Shown piece after piece: positions 31,901-38,456 of a stretch of 38,456 nt of DNA. This DNA is from a virus (Duplodnaviria; Caudoviricetes). A model generated the notes under the pieces. It was not told the origin of the DNA, searched no databases, and was given only the letters and a program-made list of their open reading frames with translations. The stretch spans positions 1 through 38,456 of IMG/VR virus record IMGVR_UViG_3300025674_000129; one strand, 5' to 3'. Position 1 is the first letter of the stretch. The number at the start of each line of letters is the position of its first letter. A program made the position numbers and the translations under genes.

Positions 31901-34900
31901 TGCTGACGCATGTAATAGTACCTCTTGCCTAGCTTTATCTAAGTCTATCAGTCGTTTGTTGTATTGTCGCCATACGTTATCCACAAACTTAACGTTTTCT
32001 TCGTTGTTCTTGTAGCTTGGGCTGAACACCCCACGGATAGCTTCCCACGTAATCGACTGCATCTCTCTGGCTAATACGCCACGCTCCGCTGCCGCCCTGC
32101 GGTACGCCTCTTCAAACAGGGAGTAGGTGCCATTGATCCCGGTAATCTTAGAGCTTGACGCGCCAGTCTTACCTACCACACCACCACCGAAGTTGTGTAT
32201 GACAGGCTCCGACTTGCCGCTCAAAGGCTGCAACAGCCCTGCCGCTACAGCGTGGGTATCAATCGTGACAAACCCAAGATCCGACTGTGGATCAAAGATG
32301 TTGTTGTAGAAATTACGAACCTTGTTCTGGGTGCCCAAGGATGAGGAGATCACGTCGATGTCGTTTGACCTCAAAGCAACGACAGCCTTGGCGATCTCGT
32401 TCATAGACCCCCAGCCAGCGCCAGCGTCTTCGCCTTTGACCGTCTTGACGTAGTCCATGATCGTGCCGTCAGGAGATATGATCCTGTGGGCGCGGCTGTT
32501 GTATGTCTCGTCATACGTCCTGATGTAGTACGCAAGCTGCAAGTTAGTCTTGTCTGAATCGCCAGCAAGAATCTCATTGATGGTCTTGCCATCTATCTCT
32601 GGCAGGATCTTGGATGATATCGCCCTAGACTTAGCTGACGCACCCTCTTTGAGATACAGCCGCTTTGCAGTGTCCATCATCTCGCCATTGAACGGGGTGT
32701 TTGCCTGCTCAAAGAATATGTCTGCGGTGCGCTCACCCAGAGAAGCATTCATGTACCAGTCTTTCTGAGGCGATAGGTTAGCTAGCACGGCGGAAGCCTG
32801 CTCTAAGCTTATGTTGTGCTTGCCTGCCATTCGTTGGGCTAGCTTGTTTGCACCCTCGTACCAGAGCTTGGATGTTTCTCTGATAGATGGGTCAACCATG
32901 TCGTAGATGTACAGCAGGTTGTCCTTCACTGTCTCGACAAAGCTCTCTGCTTTCTGCTCGTCTGTTCTAAGAGCGCGATCCTTTCGCAGGATTGGGTATA
33001 TGCTGGCGTCCTTGATCAGCGCCATGTTCTTTGTGAAGACTGGCTTGTCGCCTGTGAACGCCTGATAGTCGTTGACCAGCAGATCATCTAGCGGATCTTC
33101 TGTCCTTCGCACAGCAGTTGGGAACCGTGTGCTTACCTGACCCTTTGCTTTACGAGAGAACACCGGCCCTGTGTAGTCCCTGTCCTTGAGAACGGGTCTC
33201 GAATCGAACATCGGGATGCCGTCTTCCGTAAAACCATACAAGTCAAACGGTATGGTCTTAGGGAACTGTAGCTGCACTTCCTCAAGAACTGACGGATCAA
33301 CCTGACCGGCGGTGACGCCCTTGCTAACCAGCCCTACATAAGCCCTATCATCTTCTTTGTATAGGGCGCTCGGTCTTGCGTCTGACTCACCAAATCTCAA
33401 CTCACCAGCCGTGCCACCAGCAGATGTCAAGGTCACTGGCATCAGCGTGTCGCCATAGCCTTGCGAGGCATAGTATCTGGCTCGGTGCCTGCCCTCGTGC
33501 CCAGTAATGCTGGCAGCGCCACGCTCATTAGCGGTGAACTGTAGGAAATTTGGTTGAAACTTCTGACCCGCAGCAGCCATTGCATCAACGCGCTCAGTCT
33601 TAGATTGGTCTACGCCTGTGGCTGCAAGCTTTAGAAACTCATTCGGGGTCATCATGGTCACGGTTGATCGTGACGATGGGTCTACAGCGTCTCTGAACTG
33701 GTAGTCAACCCTCTCTGGGTCTAAGAACTGCTGCGTTATTGGCGATGAATCCATCAACTCTCTGACCTGTGAGGTCTTGATGTCGCGCCCTCTTGAGAAG
33801 ACAGGCTGTTCAATGAAGTCAGCCATCCTTGGGCCGCCTTGCTTGCCAACCCTTGACGGATCATCTTCAGCGCCTGCTGTAGGCAGCACCTGACTGGGAG
33901 CAGTGGCGGATACACCAGCCTCTCGCTCGGTAAGTTGTAACGTGCGGACTTGATCTCTCGGTCTAGAACCAACCCGACCAGATGAGATGTCATCAATGAT
34001 GCCCTCAAACGATCTGAACCCAGAGCCATCAAGAGCATTCTTCATTGCTGACATAAAGCGTGTAGATCGACGCAGCAGGTTGGCAGGCTTGCCTGACACC
34101 AAGCTAGGGTTGGCTCGTTGATCTCGCACCATCTCAGCGACAGCTTCTTCCATCTGCTGAACTGGATTGTACTCGGCATACTCTTTAGCAGCCCACTCCG
34201 TGTATGTTTGGTTACCCTTCTTTAGCACCGCAGCCCTGTTACTAAGGATCGTCCACTCGGTCTTTGTGAATAGATCCATCATCCGCATGGCGTGAATCAT
34301 CTCGTGATTCAGGACATCAGCTAGTCGAGCTTCTACCTGCTGATCCGTAAGCGTGGGATCATTAGCCACTGCATCAACAGACAAGAAAATCTGATTCATG
34401 TCAGGGTGGTAGTACCCTTCAGTAACCTGACCCTCTTGAGCATCAGGATCTACAACGTCATCCCTGACGAACCGCTGCGAACCCATAGTCCCGCCTACAA
34501 CAAGCTCTGGATCTATCTGTTCGCCTCTTTTTATCGGCCTAATTCCATACACTAGGTTACCGTCTGCGCCCCTCACAACGTTCCTGAGGGCGTGTGAGAC
34601 GTTTACTGGCACATCCCCTACGCTCAAGCCCTGCATCTGCTTGGCTAACGCAGACTCAAACTGCTGAATCTCTATGTCTTGACGCTGATCTATGGATGGG
34701 CCTTCCAATAGCAAAGGCTCTTGCTCTGTCTTGGTAATGCCCTGCGCCTTTGCGTCTTCGAGCAGGCTGTCGAGTGCAGTAGGGGATACGTCGCCGTCAA
34801 TCTGGAAATCACCGATGGCATCGCCTAGCTGCATTGGCCCCATGTCTGGGTTTTCTTTGAGTGCCGCTACCGCCCTTCTAAATTGATCACCCGTGTATGG

Positions 34901-37147
34901 CTTGAGCTTGAATAATGGGAGTCTAGTCGGCTTGTCGAACCTTGGGAGGGAGCGCATCTTCTGCGCGAACATCTTAAATTCACCATCAGTCATATCGCTC
35001 AAAGCCGTGCCGGGAGAAACCCCGGCAAACTTCTCAGCCAAGAACTGTAACTCTGGTGAGTCGATAGGAGATATTACGTTCTTTGCATCTAGAATGTTCT
35101 GCAAGAACTGCCGCGCAGGGAACTTGTCTCGGTATACAGACTCATCAACTCGACCAATGCCTGTGTTCGCATTTAGCTGATTAGCAAAAGCTTGAGCCTC
35201 TCCAGCATCGCGCCCGAACCTCTTGATTCTAGGCATGTTTTTCTTGTCAGCGCCTGTCTCAAGATACTCTTGCTTCTCTTTATAGTTCAGCTTCCTGCCG
35301 CGAATTACTTCGCCTGCACTGCTGACTACAACATAGTCAGGCACCGTAGCGTTTTTCTTTCTGCGATCTTCTATGCGATAAGACTCAGTCTCAACCAATC
35401 CGTTGAGTCTTGTATCAACTATGTTAGGGAACTTATCGTTAAGCTCTTCTTTAACTTCCTCTAGGGTGAAGTTGTTTGATAGCGGTAACCCCTGCCCCAT
35501 GCGCCTGCGATTGATCCGCTGCGATGCAGTCATCCTAGCTTCTGGGCGCACACCATTTGCAACATCACGAATGACAGAGACTGTGTCTTCGCCCTCGTAA
35601 AACCCACGGTCAACGGTGGTCTCTGCGGCAGCATCTACAGATGGCCCAATGAACGTCATCTGTTCAGGGTCGTTAGCAGCAATGTTGTATCGCCTTAGCG
35701 TCTTCTTCTGCTGATCGTCGTAATAATTTGAGGATGATTCGACTACAGCTTCGCCAGCATCGTATACGTTGCTCAACTCCACCTGTCGATTGAGGGCACC
35801 AGCTAGTGCTGCGGCATCGCCACGACTCTCAACTGGCTGGCTGTATGCATAGCCCTCTGCATCAACAACAGAGAAGCTGTCGCCGTTGTCTTGTATTGAG
35901 AAGGTATTTCTCTTTGACGGGAACGCTCGTCCCATCTGGCGTGATATCTCAAGGGCCGTCTCATCAACAGTGCCTCTTGGCGTTATAGTTGATGCTCTGT
36001 CTCTTGCTGCGGCAGATACGTCAGCCTCTATATCAACGTCTCGTCGGCCTTCTAACTGCTGCTGCGCTTCTATGTCAGCGGCAATCTCATCTATCAGGGC
36101 GGCACCGCGCTCCATGTCGAGATCTGCGGAGAGATCAGCGTCTTGTTGCGCTATAAAGTCTTCTCGTTCCTTAATCTTTGCCTGCTCTTTTTCTAGAGCA
36201 GAGTCATAGTTGGCCTTGTTTCTGCGACCAGCAATAGCGTTAACAACTAGGTCTGCACCGGCACCAACAGCGCCACCAACAGTAAACTCATCGTATAGTG
36301 TTGGCCCAAGTAACTCGGCGTCCTCGTTGTATACGCCTTTCTCAATGGCATTCTGCGCGATACTAGCCAAGACTTCTTGAGTAGCCTCGACGCCGCCGGT
36401 TCTCAGGGCAGAGCCTAAGACTTCTCTGTATCCCTTAGGCAGCTTGATGTTTCCATCAGCGTCAATCCTCTTGAGTAGTCTTGTTGGAGCAGCTAGTTCG
36501 CTGAGTCCGACAACGCCGCTAAGAATAGCAGCGGTGTCTTCTTGATCTTCTGAGACATCAATGCCTCTTGCTCTTGCAGCTTCTACCTGCTGCATCTGTG
36601 TGCCCGTACCAGAGCCAACAGCTAAGGTTCCCGTGGCACCAGCCCCAAGAATCTTTGCGCCCTTGCCTGCCAAGCCTGCCAAACGTAACGCTGCTGCTGG
36701 GGTAAAGAACGTGGCAAACGAACCTATACCTTCACCGAACTTGGTGATCCATGTGTCTCGGTAAGCCTCATCAGCCCCAAGGTATTCGTCTATTGCCTGT
36801 CTGCCTTCGCGTGAGGCCGCTACAAGGGCGTTCTCATCGCCATCGTCTATGACATCCTCGAATCCAGCGAGGTTTGTGGCGGCGTCAGATAGCTCTCCAA
36901 CGCCCTCTCCAGCAGAGACAAAGGTGTTACCGAACCCACGAGCAATAGCTTTACCGAACTCAAAGGTCTGACCACCAACCGTGCGCTCATCTGCTAGCGG
37001 GTCTTCGTCTTGCGCGGCGACTTGATTCAGCGCCTCGTCAGGAAACTCCTGAGCAAAGATCCGATCTAGATCCGCATCTGTAGGCGGCGTATCACCAGTA
37101 AGCTTTAGCTTGCGCCCTTTAGGATCGGTAACCAGATATGTAGGCAT
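28904..37147 (-). CDS. giant polyvalent virion (likely ejected) protein with LPD38-like C-terminus
   Basis: 2747 aa; HEMIH zincin motif, GHEGRHRA, VTIDTHA, YVPFYR, VPFLNA.IQG and PIPFE.G motifs. Confidence 0.75.
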   Translation of the reverse strand: MPTYLVTDPKGRKLKLTGDTPPTDADLDRIFAQEFPDEALNQVAAQDEDPLADERTVGGQTFEFGKAIARGFGNTFVSAGEGVGELSDAATNLAGFEDVIDDGDENALVAASREGRQAIDEYLGADEAYRDTWITKFGEGIGSFATFFTPAAALRLAGLAGKGAKILGAGATGTLAVGSGTGTQMQQVEAARARGIDVSEDQEDTAAILSGVVGLSELAAPTRLLKRIDADGNIKLPKGYREVLGSALRTGGVEATQEVLASIAQNAIEKGVYNEDAELLGPTLYDEFTVGGAVGAGADLVVNAIAGRRNKANYDSALEKEQAKIKEREDFIAQQDADLSADLDMERGAALIDEIAADIEAQQQLEGRRDVDIEADVSAAARDRASTITPRGTVDETALEISRQMGRAFPSKRNTFSIQDNGDSFSVVDAEGYAYSQPVESRGDAAALAGALNRQVELSNVYDAGEAVVESSSNYYDDQQKKTLRRYNIAANDPEQMTFIGPSVDAAAETTVDRGFYEGEDTVSVIRDVANGVRPEARMTASQRINRRRMGQGLPLSNNFTLEEVKEELNDKFPNIVDTRLNGLVETESYRIEDRRKKNATVPDYVVVSSAGEVIRGRKLNYKEKQEYLETGADKKNMPRIKRFGRDAGEAQAFANQLNANTGIGRVDESVYRDKFPARQFLQNILDAKNVISPIDSPELQFLAEKFAGVSPGTALSDMTDGEFKMFAQKMRSLPRFDKPTRLPLFKLKPYTGDQFRRAVAALKENPDMGPMQLGDAIGDFQIDGDVSPTALDSLLEDAKAQGITKTEQEPLLLEGPSIDQRQDIEIQQFESALAKQMQGLSVGDVPVNVSHALRNVVRGADGNLVYGIRPIKRGEQIDPELVVGGTMGSQRFVRDDVVDPDAQEGQVTEGYYHPDMNQIFLSVDAVANDPTLTDQQVEARLADVLNHEMIHAMRMMDLFTKTEWTILSNRAAVLKKGNQTYTEWAAKEYAEYNPVQQMEEAVAEMVRDQRANPSLVSGKPANLLRRSTRFMSAMKNALDGSGFRSFEGIIDDISSGRVGSRPRDQVRTLQLTEREAGVSATAPSQVLPTAGAEDDPSRVGKQGGPRMADFIEQPVFSRGRDIKTSQVRELMDSSPITQQFLDPERVDYQFRDAVDPSSRSTVTMMTPNEFLKLAATGVDQSKTERVDAMAAAGQKFQPNFLQFTANERGAASITGHEGRHRARYYASQGYGDTLMPVTLTSAGGTAGELRFGESDARPSALYKEDDRAYVGLVSKGVTAGQVDPSVLEEVQLQFPKTIPFDLYGFTEDGIPMFDSRPVLKDRDYTGPVFSRKAKGQVSTRFPTAVRRTEDPLDDLLVNDYQAFTGDKPVFTKNMALIKDASIYPILRKDRALRTDEQKAESFVETVKDNLLYIYDMVDPSIRETSKLWYEGANKLAQRMAGKHNISLEQASAVLANLSPQKDWYMNASLGERTADIFFEQANTPFNGEMMDTAKRLYLKEGASAKSRAISSKILPEIDGKTINEILAGDSDKTNLQLAYYIRTYDETYNSRAHRIISPDGTIMDYVKTVKGEDAGAGWGSMNEIAKAVVALRSNDIDVISSSLGTQNKVRNFYNNIFDPQSDLGFVTIDTHAVAAGLLQPLSGKSEPVIHNFGGGVVGKTGASSSKITGINGTYSLFEEAYRRAAAERGVLAREMQSITWEAIRGVFSPSYKNNEENVKFVDNVWRQYNKRLIDLDKARQEVLLHASAGQIPNPDWADRPRDAVPKGEQPPTYEDNVSYASVSRPEAGGPAFSRRRSGASRADTDLARKRIPDGQVKATVEANAEKAKDFASGYAPKINPSADPYAQAVAADPDKGQKLSREQQIMFSRGNEPERPVDVQRTMDKLVANPANITPGETYLNVLERGPIRNFITALKQGTVFRYAQFEALEKTLDRDVMASSAALPALMAADRSNAIAGAAIKYGNAVYKDGRTTVEDFSHTFSADSSRPGETVQFRGLAGVMGLLFNDKGSLEKDAQAYAIARRAEGLRKRGIDSPGTPEEQLQIIQYVERNHPEIKDWYEVWQAYNAKTIQFMRDTGVLDAEMAEIWAAQSDYVPFYRQAEGRDVPNAPNMFGGLTTAGSFKGITGTDTALNVPLLDAITTNMAAAISMGMNNVAQQRVVRNMVRYGLAYELPKGKSGKGLNVVTFRVQGKDRKFVIEDPLVFTSLQPMEGGAGYDFLNTIFGVPANILRETVTRAPPFVAANMMRDTLSAYQTSGASFIPIADTLGAFAKDMSELERSGVVGGYDFSKDPADIGKFMTKQLRDQGAIKDDRAITTKLLMKIWDGLGDVTTRSDFATRKAVHDDVLARTGDRAEAEFQALEVMNFGRRGSHPVMRLLTTAVPFLNARIQGLDLLLNAATGVRSSNKELSRRKAFGSFVARAGILAGASAMYYLLVSDSEDYQEATEEERDNNWIIPMPGDIPALKYPIPFEVGLLFKTLPERMMREMTGDTTGRQTRESLQRAIVSTLEVPVTGPQIVAPLIETIANYNGFTGRAIVPQYMSSSLAGEAQVLSSTSEVAKLAAEFAPFDLSPIKMDHLIRGYTGTIGSYVLAMSDAALRSELLTGDQTKILPARPVYDSPLLRRFFTREFGAGRTEEFYDMATYVDQVYKTYSKLRKDGKLDQAERYIAGREYLLPMYREQAEIRRGLSRLRKEEQAIRRMDISPEEKQERIREVEIRKRRYLEVVPLMRQQIEIPAFDVGSGLR

Positions 37148-38456
37148 TTATGGCACTCGCTCCACTTGATACTTGGAATCGCCATCCTTAGCAGGCGGCT
37201 TACCAATCTGGCTAAACTTTGGGCCTTTGTATATAACGCCCATCATTGATGTTGCTTGTTGTATCAAGAAGTCCGCTATGTCTGTCTTCTGATCTGGGGT
37301 CATTCCGTCTGAGATCAAATCATCCATAGCAGACGTGACGTATTGCAGAACCGCCCTTTCGTTAAGAGCTTCCCTATCAAGCCTGTCACCCTCTTCCTTA
37401 TCAACCTTGAGCAAGAACTCTTGGAGGTTGGCCTGCATTCCAAGAACAGTCTTTTCTGCTGCGGCTTGACTGACATTGTAGTCCTTCAGCCCAGCGATCC
37501 GAACTTTCTGAGCCTCGACCTCACGCTTCTGCTTGTCTATCTCAGAAGCAAACGCCGCGTCCATCTCTGATTTCTTCAGGCCGAGTCTGGCTGCACGATC
37601 CTTAGCTTCAACTGCACGTTTCTGCGCGTTGGATGCCGCAACAACCTTGCCTGCCTCAGACAATCCTTCACCCAACTTGCCACGAGCAATGCCTGCGCCT
37701 AACGCAATCAACGACTGAGCACCTCGCTCACTCTTGATGTCTGCTAACTGCTTCTGAGTCTCTGCTTCGTACTCATCTACCAAGGCTTTGTATGATAGCG
37801 TTGGACGCTTCTGATTTTCTATCAGATCAGCCAAGCCCAATGCTTCGCCGTATAGATCTGACGCATTAAAGATGTCATCGCCAGCAGCCTTCATCTGCTG
37901 CTCGACTATCTTTTCATAGTTCGACTTTAAGCCTGTGGCCCCTGTGCCTTGAACACTGGTGCCTGCATCGCCACCTCTGTTTCTGTCCTTTGTCTCTGTG
38001 TAGTCAGTCAGGTTTATGCCGAACTGTTGGTTGAAGGTTTGCTGCGGGGCGTTACCAGCGGCATTCGGAGCCAAGATTGCACTGAGAGCGTCAGGAGTTA
38101 AATCCTCAGGTTTGACTCTGCTAGCGTCAGTTTCCTGAGCATTCGTGGCGACTGGCTTTGGCGATGCAGAGTCAACCAAAGCTTCCTGCTCTGCCCTGCG
38201 CCGAGCCATTATCTCTTGCTTGGTTCCGCTCAAGGTAGGGTTTTGTTTTCTTTCGGCTATCCTGTCCATAATGGCTCTCATTTGAGCCTTAGGCGTATCA
38301 CCAATAGCAGGGCCAGCCACCTCTGCATCCCGTCTTGCTTGGGATTGCTGACGCAACAGATCCCCGTATTCGTTTAGCTGCAACTGTCTAGTACGCGCTG
38401 CCAGCTTAGGATCTGTACCCTGAGGAGTCACTGTCTCGCCAGTCATCTTGGAAAGC
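37148..38456 (-). CDS. probable internal virion protein (5' end likely outside the window)
   Basis: at least 432 aa, A/Q/E/K-rich helical; frame open to the window edge; directly upstream of the giant gene. Confidence 0.65.
   Translation of the reverse strand, partial: LSKMTGETVTPQGTDPKLAARTRQLQLNEYGDLLRQQSQARRDAEVAGPAIGDTPKAQMRAIMDRIAERKQNPTLSGTKQEIMARRRAEQEALVDSASPKPVATNAQETDASRVKPEDLTPDALSAILAPNAAGNAPQQTFNQQFGINLTDYTETKDRNRGGDAGTSVQGTGATGLKSNYEKIVEQQMKAAGDDIFNASDLYGEALGLADLIENQKRPTLSYKALVDEYEAETQKQLADIKSERGAQSLIALGAGIARGKLGEGLSEAGKVVAASNAQKRAVEAKDRAARLGLKKSEMDAAFASEIDKQKREVEAQKVRIAGLKDYNVSQAAAEKTVLGMQANLQEFLLKVDKEEGDRLDREALNERAVLQYVTSAMDDLISDGMTPDQKTDIADFLIQQATSMMGVIYKGPKFSQIGKPPAKDGDSKYQVERVP

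Noticed and set aside
29622-37718. Numerous plus-strand ORFs antisense to the large virion genes (and similar shadow ORFs elsewhere)
   Set aside because: Explained by codon bias of the sense genes; no RBS or recognisable motifs
1-38456. Prophage or lysogeny module, DNA polymerase, tRNA genes
   Set aside because: No integrase, att-like junction, host genes, polymerase motifs or cloverleaf seen; they could lie outside the window

Overview
A 38.5-kb segment of a tailed dsDNA bacteriophage genome, podovirus-like and resembling uncultured aquatic phages; the host is not determinable from the sequence. The left arm (1-14089, minus strand) is the packaging and head module: TerS, a 450-bp non-coding gap, TerL, an Asp/Asn beta-hydroxylase, portal, GroES, scaffold, major capsid protein, small very basic proteins and adaptor/tail proteins. 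The centre (14240-22181, plus strand) is an early/host-takeover region with ArdC, YodL-like, Zn-finger, SprT-like and JmjC genes. Next come a replication/recombination block (T7 gp4-like primase-helicase, RusA, PD-(D/E)XK exonuclease, Sak-like annealase, SSB-like protein) and, at the right end, a 2747-aa polyvalent virion protein. The most notable signals are non-coding: (1) two complete hammerhead ribozymes (type II at 14935-14995, type I at 17385-17444) at stop-codon/RBS junctions of the early operon; (2) a ~360-nt densely base-paired region leading that operon; (3) a perfect chromosomal-type parS palindrome just after the capsid terminator; (4) two phased clusters of a TAGAACGTTCTA palindrome, upstream of terL and of the primase; (5) several further small structured RNA candidates. 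No integrase, DNA polymerase, tRNA or CRISPR array was seen. All calls come from manual reading; no database search or folding computation was run.
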